From positions 128,001-192,000 of the forward strand of contig OZ241857.1 in the NCBI GenBank assembly GCA_965203315.1: a stretch of DNA of 64,000 nucleotides, written 5' to 3'. Under the pieces are notes generated by a model. The model searched no databases and was not told the origin of the DNA. It was given only the letters and a program-made list of their open reading frames with translations. Source of the DNA: Nitrosopumilus sp. (GTDB taxonomy: Archaea; Thermoproteota; Nitrososphaeria; Nitrososphaerales; Nitrosopumilaceae). A program made the position numbers and the translations under genes. Positions 19,201 through 30,069 of the stretch are shown here, in pieces (the first letter of the stretch is position 1; each line of letters opens with the position of its first letter).

Positions 19201-20846
19201 ATTCCCTCTGCTGTTCCATCGCGTCTGATCTCTGCTACTCCTTGAAAGCCTTCTCTAGTTTGATTCTTGAGTACAGCATGAATCGCGCCAAAATAAAAAG
19301 AGTATCTCTCTCTCATCTTGATCTTGTATCCTTTGTTCTTTAGGTGATCAATAACTGAAACTAGCGAATCATCACTCTCGAGACTGATCGTTCCTCCTAT
19401 CGAACAGTGAATTCTAGGTAACTCCATTGCAGTATACGCCGAGACACCTTCATCAAACAGTCTTGACAAGAATAGGCTTACAGTTGTAAAAATTCTCTCA
19501 CTGCCTGGACTTCCTACTGCAATCCATGGCTTTTTGTTATAAAATATTATACTTGGGCATACAGATGACCAAGCAGTTGCATTCGGTCTTAAGAAGAATG
19601 GATGCATGGGATTCTCAAACTCGAATGATGACATGTAATTGTTGTACAGAAATCCCAATCCATCAGCAGCTGCTTTTGAACCATAGACGAGCTCTATGGA
19701 CTGTGTCATGCTGACTGCGTTTCCTTTATCGTCCATTGTTGAGAGGTGGGTGGTATCTTCTGATAGTGTTGGTTCTTCTGGTGGTAATGTTGGATCGATA
19801 GTATCCTTTATGGATTTTGAGAGATTTCTTGCAAAATTTTTACTCAGGTGAATCTTGTCTTTGATCTGATGATATGTCTTTGGATCAAACGGTCGTTGTG
19901 TTCTGTACAATAATGCCTTCCTAAACGTCTCAGATATGTAGTGGTATGTAGCAGGACTCTTTTTTGCCAAACGTCTTTTAGGAATATTGTTCAACATCAT
20001 CATAACCAATAGCATTGTCTCGCCTGCTCCTGGTGGAGGAGTCGTATAGATATCAACTCCTCTATACTTTTTTGATATTGGTCTTCTCTCTACTGGTTCT
20101 GGAATAAACGACATGTCTTGTCTCCTCAAAAATCCTCTATTCTTACGCATGTCTCTGTCTATCTGGGCTGCAATCTTGCCATGATAAAACGAGTAATATC
20201 CATACTTGCTGAGGTGAGTTAATGTATGGTATAGATCATCTTGTACGAAGAGATCTCCTACATCATATGGAACTATGCCGTCCTTGAGAAAGTACTTTGC
20301 GCCTGACTGTGATCTGACTTTAAAGAACTCTTTTAGATTGTTTATCTGAGAATTGCGTTGCAACTCTGTTATTCTATATCCTCGTTTGGCGATTCTAATT
20401 GCAGGTTTGATTACCGTCTGCCAGTCTAGTGTACCATAATGTTCATTTAGATATCCAATGGTGGCAACTGTACTGGGTACTGTGGTTGCCTTGTATCCTA
20501 TAATTCGTACTCTCTTCTTCTTGAATACAGAAGAATGTGCAAGTGATGGAGCTCTACTCGATCCATCTATTGCTATTATTTCTCCGTTGATGTGGATCAA
20601 AGCACTAGTCTGCCCACCCAATCCTGATGCTTGAGGCTCACACACTGCAAGCGCTAGAGATGCTGCACAGGCGGCATCTATTGCATTACCTCCTTTCTTT
20701 AGCATCTGTACGCCAGCTTTGGTTGCATCTGGAAAAGCTGTAGACACCATTCCATGTCTAGCTGTAGATGCCTTTCTGTTCTTGGTTGTCTCAAACGATC
20801 TCTCGATCCCTTCTATATTGATATACTTTGTATCTCGCCTCGACAT
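19197..20846 (-). CDS. ggt: Gamma-glutamyltransferase (Ntn-hydrolase)
   Basis: GGNAIDAA, EPQASGLGG, autoprocessing Thr in DTTHLS, and GSPGS. Confidence 0.93.
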   Translation of the reverse strand: MSRRDTKYINIEGIERSFETTKNRKASTARHGMVSTAFPDATKAGVQMLKKGGNAIDAACAASLALAVCEPQASGLGGQTSALIHINGEIIAIDGSSRAPSLAHSSVFKKKRVRIIGYKATTVPSTVATIGYLNEHYGTLDWQTVIKPAIRIAKRGYRITELQRNSQINNLKEFFKVRSQSGAKYFLKDGIVPYDVGDLFVQDDLYHTLTHLSKYGYYSFYHGKIAAQIDRDMRKNRGFLRRQDMSFIPEPVERRPISKKYRGVDIYTTPPPGAGETMLLVMMMLNNIPKRRLAKKSPATYHYISETFRKALLYRTQRPFDPKTYHQIKDKIHLSKNFARNLSKSIKDTIDPTLPPEEPTLSEDTTHLSTMDDKGNAVSMTQSIELVYGSKAAADGLGFLYNNYMSSFEFENPMHPFFLRPNATAWSSVCPSIIFYNKKPWIAVGSPGSERIFTTVSLFLSRLFDEGVSAYTAMELPRIHCSIGGTISLESDDSLVSVIDHLKNKGYKIKMRERYSFYFGAIHAVLKNQTREGFQGVAEIRRDGTAEGI

Positions 20847-20849
20847 GCC

Positions 20850-23021
20850 TTATTCTGACTTCCTCGCATCTTTGGAAGACTGGTACAGGATCAAAGATAG
20901 CAGCAAGGCTCTATCGATCAAACTGTCCCTCAAGATGTACTCGTTTGGAGTACGATATTCTGCCCCAAGTGGACCAAGGCCATCTATTGCTGGAATCCCA
21001 TCTGGAACATAACTGATATCTGACGAGATCAAACGACTAGACGGTCTTACTATGACGCCTATCTTTTTAGCTTGCAGCAATACCAAATCAAAGATACTTT
21101 TCGTGTTACTCTCTATTATAGGATCCCTTCCAACTCCTTTTAGAATCTCTACATCTAGTTTGATCTTGTCTTGCTTTTTTAGGATCTGTCTGATCTGATT
21201 CTCTATCTCACTTCCTAGCGTTTTAGTCGCAAAACTAGTCACCAAGTTTATTGATGCATAGTCTGGAGTACGTCCTAGTGATGTCTGTGACTGTAACGAT
21301 GATATTCTTATTCTGCAGTCACTCTTTGTCAATCTGTTTAGAGATATGATCTTTTTACAAACAGCGGGGATCATATCTGAGATTGATGGATCTTTATAAT
21401 CTCCAATATTTGTTATCTCTATCTTGTAATCGTCTCGACCATAACCTGCAGTCATTATACTACCGTCTAGTCCTCCCCACTTCATGCCTAGTACATATTT
21501 AGATCGATTTGCGGTCTCTTCGATTATCTTTTGTGAGTATCTTCCACCAAAACTATCGTCGGTGGTGATCAATATTCCACATTTTATCTTTCTAAGTTTT
21601 CTTGTAAATCGTAGCGCCTGTAATGCGGATAGCATGACTGCTAGACCACCTTTACTCTCTGCTACGCCTGTTCCAAATATCTTTGTACGCTCTTCTTTGA
21701 ATGGCATAAAGTCTCGTGTACTGTATGGTGTATCTATATGACATAGTATCAGAATATCATTTGTTGTGCCGTCATGATTTGTAAAATATCTAATATCTCC
21801 AACGTCAAATTGTTGATACGTATGTTCTGTGAATCCTAAATTTGTAATCCTCTTGGAGACGATTCTGCCTAATCTGTTTACGTTCTCTATGTTTCTAATA
21901 GATGTGTTTATGTTTGTGATCTGTTTGAGTGACTGAATAGTTGTTCCAAGATGGCTACGAAGATAACTTCTTGCTGCAATTCTCAGTGGCTGTCTCTGTA
22001 TCTCGTCTATCTCTGCATCGTCTGTATGCGTCGTAGATTCTCCAAAGTGTCTAATGGTTGCAATATCTAACATCTTGTTTATTAGTGACTCGAACGTATA
22101 TCCAGCAGCTTTGGCAGCTGTCACAAACGAACCTGTACCGCCAAGACTGGCCATAGAGTTTAGTTCAAGAATGTACATCTTGCCATGTTCATCCATTCTA
22201 ATGTCTACTCTGGAATAGTCATGAATGCCAAGTCTGTTAAATGCCTCTACGCACAATCTCTTCATCTCGCTCTCTGCTGCCGGGTCGAGTTTTGCTGGAC
22301 AGATCTTTCTAATTGGGGACTTCATCTTGTCTGACTTTGTTTGAATCTGATCTGGAGCACCTAGCGCAAATTCAACTATGGGGAGTACTTCTAGGTGGTT
22401 TCTGTTGCCTAGTATGCCTACTGCAAACTCTCTGCCTTGTATAAACTGCTCAACTAGAGCATCCTGTTGATATTTTTCAATCTCTTCGCTTATAGCTAGA
22501 CGCAAGTCATTCCAGTTGTCAACTATCTTCATTCCCATAGAAGTTGACTCCATCTTTGGTTTTACAATTACTGGGAACGTCAGATCATCAAATGTATCAT
22601 CCGGAGAAGAAAATACCCAATAATTGGGGGTCGGTAGATCGTTCTTTTGTAGTATGATCTTTGTCATAACTTTATCTTGAACTATGGCGTGTGACTCTGG
22701 ACCAGATCCGGTATACGGCACACCTAGCATCTCTAGCATTGCTGGAAGATGTGTGTATCTGTCATGTCCTTGTATTCCATATGCCATGTTGAATACCATT
22801 CCATGTACATCCGTAATCTCTTTTGGCATAAAAGATCTCAACTCTTCAATCGCATTGATGCTGCCTTCTATCATCTTGACTGTGTGTCCGCCTTTCTCTA
22901 ACGCCGCTACGACCTTTTCTACAGTTTTGGGATTATAGTGCTCTTTTGTGGCCATGCCGTAGATGTTGATCACATCTTTGGGGTCTATGGTCTTCTTGTT
23001 GTATATTACCGCAACCTTCAA
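20850..23021 (-). CDS. D-Ala-D-Ala-ligase-like ATP-grasp domain fused to an M20-peptidase-like domain
   Basis: N-half: LEMLGVPYTGS, DKVMTK, FPVIVKP..ESTSMG, VEQFIQGREF, RVDIR, LELN. C-half: LCHIDT, GTGVAESKGG, DGLGPLG. Confidence 0.9.
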   Translation of the reverse strand: MKVAVIYNKKTIDPKDVINIYGMATKEHYNPKTVEKVVAALEKGGHTVKMIEGSINAIEELRSFMPKEITDVHGMVFNMAYGIQGHDRYTHLPAMLEMLGVPYTGSGPESHAIVQDKVMTKIILQKNDLPTPNYWVFSSPDDTFDDLTFPVIVKPKMESTSMGMKIVDNWNDLRLAISEEIEKYQQDALVEQFIQGREFAVGILGNRNHLEVLPIVEFALGAPDQIQTKSDKMKSPIRKICPAKLDPAAESEMKRLCVEAFNRLGIHDYSRVDIRMDEHGKMYILELNSMASLGGTGSFVTAAKAAGYTFESLINKMLDIATIRHFGESTTHTDDAEIDEIQRQPLRIAARSYLRSHLGTTIQSLKQITNINTSIRNIENVNRLGRIVSKRITNLGFTEHTYQQFDVGDIRYFTNHDGTTNDILILCHIDTPYSTRDFMPFKEERTKIFGTGVAESKGGLAVMLSALQALRFTRKLRKIKCGILITTDDSFGGRYSQKIIEETANRSKYVLGMKWGGLDGSIMTAGYGRDDYKIEITNIGDYKDPSISDMIPAVCKKIISLNRLTKSDCRIRISSLQSQTSLGRTPDYASINLVTSFATKTLGSEIENQIRQILKKQDKIKLDVEILKGVGRDPIIESNTKSIFDLVLLQAKKIGVIVRPSSRLISSDISYVPDGIPAIDGLGPLGAEYRTPNEYILRDSLIDRALLLSLILYQSSKDARKSE

Positions 23022-23263
23022 TGTATGTACAACTATGTTGCATTAAAAAAACATTGAGATGTCAAGTTTGTTTACATTCTTCTTTACATGTCGTAAACGT
23101 GGGCTGAGCGTTAGAGACGAATTGTTGAGACTTCTCAATGCAAAGGCTGCTGGATAGATGTACGAAATAGTAAGTTCATGTGTCGTGTAAATAATCATCC
23201 ATATCATATATTGCTCAATGCACCACAAGATCGTTGTCGGGCTAACCGCTTACTCAAGTTTGA

Positions 23264-23986
23264 CTATCCTGTGATTGAGAGCGGCAGCACTGCATATCTG
23301 TGACCTTTACGCTGCGAGATGAATTTTGCTGCCAACATGTCTCGTTTCCCTCGTCTGTTGTGGTTTTTGATCCTAGGACTGGTCTTCTTTTCATCAACAA
23401 ACTCTAGATGATATGATGAACAGAATCTGAGATTTAGCGTGCGAGATATCACGCGAGCAGTTGGTATATCTCCGTCCCCTATCCTGACAATCTTTCGTCT
23501 AGCTCGAAGAGAGTCAAAAATCTCAATTATATGCACTACTAGATCTCTTATCGATGAATGAACAGATCTCTCTATCTCGTGTCCATAATATGAGACAGAT
23601 AAACCGATCAATTTGCCAGGATCAACTCCTATGACTAGTTCTTCTTCCTCAAAACATGGTTCTAGTCTCTGTATCATCATTCCGCGAATAACTGTGGGGT
23701 GATAGTCCAAGATATCTTCGTATAGTAACGGTACTGTGGACTCGCCGGGTGACTCTGACATGGTTGTAAAGACCAAGTTTCCATCATACGTGGGAATCTC
23801 TTTTGGTAAGATGGGATCAAAATGTACGTTCATCGATTTGAGAAATGTCACAAACCGATAGTACGGCATGCCACATGTGGTGGCAACTCCTATGCGAACA
23901 TCATGTAACGGATCTATGTGTTGTCTGGGTATTATATCAGATTTAGGTTTTATGTATTTGCGATCAGAACTGATAGATGTTGTCAA
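23264..23986 (-). CDS. Hypothetical protein with an RNase H-like (YqgF-like) C-terminal domain
   Basis: LVIGVDPGK, VRIGDG, VDEKKTS and RDMLAAKFI. Confidence 0.7.
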   Translation of the reverse strand: MTTSISSDRKYIKPKSDIIPRQHIDPLHDVRIGVATTCGMPYYRFVTFLKSMNVHFDPILPKEIPTYDGNLVFTTMSESPGESTVPLLYEDILDYHPTVIRGMMIQRLEPCFEEEELVIGVDPGKLIGLSVSYYGHEIERSVHSSIRDLVVHIIEIFDSLRARRKIVRIGDGDIPTARVISRTLNLRFCSSYHLEFVDEKKTSPRIKNHNRRGKRDMLAAKFISQRKGHRYAVLPLSITG

Positions 23987-24351
23987 TATTGGTAGTCATT
24001 TGACAGATTTGGCTAAATTGAGATTCCGTCTCGAGTATTGTAGTGCAGTTAACACAAATGCACATTTTCTAATATTTTTAGAATGTTTGACCGATGTTAT
24101 TGTTCAATCATGCTATGTACAACTCACATATTCATAATTAAAAGACAAAGTTAGATCTCGTATAAAATTCGACTGAATGAATCCTGTTGTTCTGCGGCAA
24201 TTCTTGATATGTGGATCTTGTTGAATAGGTGACTCCTCAAATACTATGCTACATTACACTAAAAGACATACGTTATCTGTGAGTGTAGATTTTGTATTAA
24301 ACCTAGTTTTTTGTTTATGATGCACATCACATAAATATTTATTCAAGTTAT

Positions 24352-24975
24352 GTGTGTGGACTTTCTATGAGTTTAAGAATTAAAATCATTCTAGTTCCGA
24401 TTATTGTTTCCATCTTGGTCATAACGCCAATCGCGGTTCTGGATGTAGATAACAGTACCGTATATCGCATAGCGGCTATTATCACAATACTCTCGGTAAT
24501 CATCTCTCCGTCCATGTATTTTCTACAGAGACGAGATAGTGAAAAAATGATATCAGACAAGGAAGAAAGAGAGAAGAAAAGAGCATCAAGTAATATATGT
24601 CGCGAACTCCAAAATACACTAGATGGATTAGATCGCAGCAAACACCACGATCGAGCTATGCATTTTGAAACAAAGAGTGGCGAAAACGTGTTTTTCATGA
24701 ACAGAGTCCTTAATCATCATTTTTATGACAGCTTGATATTCTCGGGAAAAATTAATTTTCTTGAGCCTGATCTCCAACAACCGATTCAGGACATTTTTAA
24801 AGTAATTAAAAAACATAACGAATATTTGGAATTAACAGAGAAAATAAGACGTGAGAAACAGGAACTGTTTCCAGAAGAAACATACGATTACTATATTTGG
24901 ATGGATGAGCATGAAAAAGGGTTATTAGAACATATACCAATTGTAATAGAAAAACTAGAATCCAAATTTATTTGA
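24352..24975 (+). CDS. Hypothetical membrane protein (two N-terminal TM helices), AT-rich
   Basis: Two hydrophobic segments followed by a helical soluble domain; lies at the edge of the IS-rich island. Confidence 0.7.
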   Translation: MCGLSMSLRIKIILVPIIVSILVITPIAVLDVDNSTVYRIAAIITILSVIISPSMYFLQRRDSEKMISDKEEREKKRASSNICRELQNTLDGLDRSKHHDRAMHFETKSGENVFFMNRVLNHHFYDSLIFSGKINFLEPDLQQPIQDIFKVIKKHNEYLELTEKIRREKQELFPEETYDYYIWMDEHEKGLLEHIPIVIEKLESKFI

Positions 24976-25174
24976 TTAATTTCTATAAAAAGTAGAATAG
25001 GATCAGTCATCCGAGGTGGGTCGAAGTTTACCTCTTGACGCTCCTCGTATGTCTGGTGCTGCCATGCTCCCACACAATTCTCTGATCTTTCTTTCTGGCT
25101 TGTCGGTTTTATCTTCAGTCATACTTTTACTAGACAAACAAGATATAAAAAGTATGTGATTCCCTGACTAGGGT

Positions 25175-25428
25175 GTGGGATGTAAAAAGTCATTCACCAC
25201 TTCATTTGGCATGAAGTTTACCTCCTGACGACTCGTCAATAACTGTTCCTTTTTTTGGCATCTTTCGATTAAATGCTTCATACGGCGTCTCGTACCTACC
25301 TTTTCCAAGAGACATGTGTGGTCGTTCATAATTGTAGTTGTGTACGAATAGGTCTACTGGATCACTGACTCTGCATAATTGCTTCAAAGGCAATTTGCGT
25401 TGAACTTCACCGAACAGTCGTTCTAATT
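25175..25428 (-). pseudogene. IS481-family transposase C-terminal remnant, cut by a MITE
   Basis: LERLFGEVQRK...YNYERPHMSL...ETPYEAF parallels the C-terminus of 5532-6458. Confidence 0.75.
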
Positions 25429-25605
25429 GGTTCTGTTCAATTGATGGAGGTTGGCATATTCTGCACAAAATTCTCGAAAAATTTCACAAAACATGGAAAC
25501 GACATCACCCCGGCTATCGTAAATTGCTGCTGTTTTGAGTCAGATATTGTACGTTCTTTGAGATAACGTCATAATGATCTCAACCCCCGTCAATTGAACA
25601 GAACC
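25429..25605. mobile_element. MITE family B copy 1 (177 bp, IS6-like ends)
   Basis: TIR GGTTCTGTTCAATTGA / TCAATTGAACAGAACC; homologous copy at 43055-43230. Confidence 0.85.
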
Positions 25606-25703
25606 TTGACGAGTTCTTTTTCTAGTTGATGAGATCTTGAACCCATCTTTTATTAGATCTTTAATCTAGTCGAGCATGCTCATCTCTCCTTTTATGGTAA
25701 TTG

Positions 25704-27228
25704 GGGGTTGTCCGGTGAATATCTCGTAAAATCTATGCATTTTATGATCTCTTAAACAAAATACAACAAATTAACTCCATTTGCTATTAATTTTCTATTA
25801 AAAGTTAAACTTTGACGCAAAATGTACTAGTTTTACTATTCAGTAATCAAGTTTGATTAATTAAAACGCCACAAATTAATGCTCGACAAGCATGTATTTA
25901 CCAAAAAACAGTATTTGGCTACCACTCAATACCCACTTGTGCTAAAATTACTTTTGAATTATGTGCTGCAATCTTGAACTTTAACTCTTGAACCATGTTT
26001 TCCCATTTTATTGCTTTAATGTCTTCTCCAAATAGGAGTTTCATTGTTGAAAATACGCCTTCAACATTTGCACGGTCTCCATATCCTAGAATTATCTTCC
26101 AATCATCTTGATTTTCTTCGCGTTCGTCTGTTGGCATGGAATTTAGATCTTTACTATCTAAAGCACCAAATTGAAACTCGGCTAATTTACTTCTGGGATC
26201 ATCCCCATGTGATACTGCATTACGTTTTATCAATATTCCATTGATGAGATTATACATCATGCAAAACTCGTGAATCTTTTTTGTATCATAACCTTTGTCG
26301 GCGAGAATTTTCTTTGTGATTGGTTTACCGGTACGATTACATTCATCAACTATCTCTGTTGCATCTTTTAATAGTTGCTTAAACTGTGACGAATCTGATT
26401 TCTTGTCAGTCGTAATGCTGTATGACCTTATAATCTTTGAATTTACGTCTATACAAATGTGCATTTTTACAAATCCATCTCGTTCTACTTTGTAACGAGC
26501 TTCAATCCATCGACCGCCTGCATGTTGTCTAAAGCCAGAAGCATCAATAGCTAGAGTGTGTGGCATTTTAGACTTTATAATTAAGAGATCGTTTAAAATA
26601 TCGACTTCCTGTGCTTTTATTCTAGCGTGTAACTGAGATCTACGTGGTATCTTGAAATTAGGAAAAGATTTCTCTAACTCTTTTATGAGTCGTCTATATG
26701 AATAGTTGTTTCTAGATTTTGTAATGCCTGCGTACATTATAAGAGCTTCTGAATAAAGGAATTGTCCACCACGTTTATTTTTATTCATAAGAGTTAACTC
26801 TTTTTCGAATTCTTCTTTAAATTTATCCTCGTCTTCCAATCTTAAAACAAGCATAAAAAATAAAAGTCTTAATCTTGGTCTATGTTTTAATGATCTCATA
26901 ATTCTACTTAAATTTTTTGCTTTTTCCCGTTTTTCTTTACGATTCATGTCCTCATCTTTTAGAAACTTGAACCAGTAAGGGAAATCACTCGCCATGACAT
27001 TTCTAAAAATAGTTCCCCTTTATAGATCTTTTCATTTTGATATCTATTTTGTGTTTTAAAATTAATTGTAAACTAGAACTTGTTACTAATTCTATGCAGC
27101 AGTTGAAAAAAATAACACGAGAGACGATGCAATTAGAGAAAATATTTCTCATGTGTTCAAAATCGAGTGATTTGTATCCCAGATGAGTGAATTTGCAGCT
27201 GTCCTACTCCTATTCACCGGACAACCCC
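25704..27228 (-). mobile_element. Intact IS5-family insertion sequence (1525 bp)
   Basis: Perfect 18-bp TIR GGGGTTGTCCGGTGAATA. 8-bp TSD GGTAATTG at 25696-25703 and 27229-27236. Confidence 0.93.
25919..26995 (-). CDS. IS5-family DDE transposase
   Basis: LAIDASG, FVKMHICID, LADKGYD and YGDRANVEGVFSTMK. Confidence 0.9.
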   Translation of the reverse strand: MASDFPYWFKFLKDEDMNRKEKREKAKNLSRIMRSLKHRPRLRLLFFMLVLRLEDEDKFKEEFEKELTLMNKNKRGGQFLYSEALIMYAGITKSRNNYSYRRLIKELEKSFPNFKIPRRSQLHARIKAQEVDILNDLLIIKSKMPHTLAIDASGFRQHAGGRWIEARYKVERDGFVKMHICIDVNSKIIRSYSITTDKKSDSSQFKQLLKDATEIVDECNRTGKPITKKILADKGYDTKKIHEFCMMYNLINGILIKRNAVSHGDDPRSKLAEFQFGALDSKDLNSMPTDEREENQDDWKIILGYGDRANVEGVFSTMKLLFGEDIKAIKWENMVQELKFKIAAHNSKVILAQVGIEW

Positions 27229-27387
27229 GGTAATTGTCTTATTGAACATTAGTGCTATTTTCACTAGATGATTCTATGATCATCTCTTGTGAATAATGCG
27301 GATCGGGTTCACATAATTGACACAATCTCATTTTTCACAATGTCTGATCCACATTATGAGATCTATGGATATTTGCAAATTGTTGCA

Positions 27388-27465
27388 TGGTGCTCCCATC
27401 GGGATTTGAACCCGAGTCACTGCCTTGAGAGGGCAGTATGCTTAACCGGACTACACTATAGGAGC
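27388..27465 (-). tRNA. tRNA-Glu(CTC)
   Basis: Cloverleaf with anticodon arm CTGCC-CT CTC AA-GGCAG, T-loop GTTCAAATC and encoded CCA. Confidence 0.96.
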
Positions 27466-27823
27466 TCGTTGTATGTGCTTCCAATCTCAATTTAAAGGAA
27501 ATGCTTTTTGTGCGGTTTACGCCACTAGATAATCACTGTTTTCACTATGCGTTTTTATGTGGACTATTCAAAGATGCTCTGCTTTTGTGATATGATATTT
27601 TGCCACCGGTTGCTCCAAAGTCGTGGTAAGTAACAACAATATGGAGCGATTGATACTATCGTGCTTGTGTGTGTTCACGTGGGATCGATGTGACATAATA
27701 AATTACTAAAACCTTTCGACATCTATCGCCGTTGGATCTTTTCGGTTTATGTAGGATTAACGGTTACAGAAAAAGCACCACGAGATTCTACAAGGGGAAA
27801 TTACAGAAAAGCCTTGCGAAACG

Positions 27824-28020
27824 TCATCCCGCATAAACCGAAAAGATCTGACTAATAAGCAGTGACACGTCTGATTTATATGCACACGTAAAGAGTGTTG
27901 GAGAACGGCACAAAAAGATTGGCAACAAGAAATTTACCACAAAACTTTTGCATCCCGACCCGAACCTGTTTACATTTGTGCAATATCGTGGAATGTCCTC
28001 AACAAACAATGTAGAATAGT
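27824..28020 (+). pseudogene. IS66-family transposase fragment
   Basis: Plus-strand translation ERHKKIGNKKFTTKLLHPDPNLFTFVQYRGMSSTNNVE* matches the IS66 piece at 31950-32237. Confidence 0.7.
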
Positions 28021-28026
28021 TGATCC

Positions 28027-29291
28027 CAGTTTACCCAATTGTGTATTCAACACGCCACCACAGGTTTTGGCGGTGGCTCTGGTTCGATATCTGGGTCGAT
28101 AAACGATTTGATGTATTCATGTGTCATTTCTAGAAAAACAGGTGCAGTAATTTGATTGCAATAATCAAAGAGATCGTCTTCGCATTGTATGTTTCGTACC
28201 AGAATCCATGCGTTGTAAAACAATACACTGAAAATAAACATCAATTCTCGTACTCTGTGATCATAGCTAGAAGTCTTTAACCTCATATCGTTAATGTCAC
28301 GATATCTTGTTTCAATGACCTATCTCTTTCTATATTTTTCAACATCTATTCTAGGATTGTTTGTTGCAAATACAAGATACTCTTTTTTGAGTTTCTTTTT
28401 GATCTCTATTATGATCACGTAATAACTAGAACGCAATCCATCCTTATTAGAAATATGATGCTGTGATACTCGCCTACGCTTTCCTTGTTTAAATTCTGTG
28501 ATCATTTCTTTGATTGGATTGGTATGTACACAGGGCATCAGAAATGTTCGATTCATCTGTCTAAAGAGTTCAAATATCTCTGCAGTATAGAACTCTCGAT
28601 CAAGTAAAAACACACCTAGGATTAGTCGCTACTGGTGGCAAGTTTTGATGATTTTACGTATAAGATCTGGGTTTCTAGACCCATTTTTACTTGTAATTTG
28701 GCTACGGTTGACGTTGCTCCAACATTTACAATCTGTGCAGTCATGTACTCTTCGCACAGTTTTGCACTCTTCTTGAACATGGTCTTTACAGTGTATTTGG
28801 TTTGTTTTTTGTCGTATCTCTGATAGCAGTGCATGTCTATTGCAATGTCTACTACTTTTGGTAATTTACCAGCTCGTCTTAACGCATTGAGATGTTGCTT
28901 AACTATTCTGTTAAACATACGATCAACATCATACTCTACAATCTCTTTGAATAATTTTCTAAACCACTCATCACAAGGTACTCTTATTTTGGTATATTTT
29001 TGAACGGATCTTTTAGCGCGAGTAACATCTGCAATACCAGATTTGCTCATTGCAGCTGAAAACAAAATAGACAGAACAGAGATTTTACCATACAGTGCAT
29101 TATAATTTTCTGATACTGGAATTATCAAACATAATAACCATTTTATGTAGTCGTAATTTTCCATACTCTTCTTTAATTTGTTAGGATTTTCCTTAACTCT
29201 TTTACCCATTAATTTCTCATTTTTGAACCCCTTTATAGATCTTTCTATTTCACATAATTTGCGTATTTTAGGCACACAATTGGGTAAACTG
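28027..29291 (-). mobile_element. ISH3-like element with inactivated transposase
   Basis: Perfect 18-bp TIR CAGTTTACCCAATTGTGT. The transposase (IAIDMH, LLDREFY, KR*VIETRYR) is broken by a frameshift near 28640 and a TAG at the conserved Trp position (about 28320). Confidence 0.88.
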
Positions 29292-29307
29292 CTGTATATC
29301 TAAAAAG

Positions 29308-30069
29308 ATGGTAACTGGCGCAATAGACACGATTGCCGATAAATTAGACAAATATGTCAAAAAGATAGAGAGAATGAACCTAAAATCCAAGGTAATCTAC
29401 ATGGATGAGACGTCGATGTCCCTTGCTGCTAAATTGGGATGGGTCTGGGTTCTTGTCGGCGATTATGGTACGCAATTCATCATATCGCCAGATCGTACAA
29501 AAAAGTTTCTTGAAAAAACGTTCAAAAAGTATATTCTGATACCACTCGTGTCGGATGGATATGTCGTGTACAAGCTATTCAATGTACGGCAACGTTGTTG
29601 GGCGCACATACTGCGAAATGCAAAAGATACAATGTATGACGTACATACTGTACTAATGTACAAAAGATTGCAGAAACTACTTGAAATTGCAAAAGCACTA
29701 CAGGTGGACAATCCCAATTGTGTGGACATGTACCTAAAATACAGAGTAGATGATCTAGTGCAAAAGACATTATCGCTTGCAGCAGAGTACAAGAAACTAG
29801 ACAACGAAGCTTGTCGCAAATTTGGAGTTCATTTAGCGAATGCAGCAGATGATCTATACACGTTTGTGCTATACTATGGTATGGAATACACAAACAACAG
29901 AGCAGAGCGAGCTATACGATCAATGGTGCTATTCCGCAAGGTAACTCAACGTATTGTATCTGAGGAGAGTAAACGACGAGTTGGCAATATCTTTACATGT
30001 GTAACAACATGGGAGCAACAAGGCCTCAACGTCTATTATACACTCCTAAAAGTTGTGCGTGAGACCTAA
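29308..30069 (+). pseudogene. IS66-family transposase, N-terminally truncated
   Basis: YMDET, WVWV, VSDGY, QRCWAHILR and TNNRAERAIR. Confidence 0.85.

Noticed and set aside
20850-23021. Peptidoglycan D-Ala-D-Ala ligase (ddl)
   Set aside because: Archaeal context, no mur genes in the window, and fusion to an M20-like domain; only the fold is shared.
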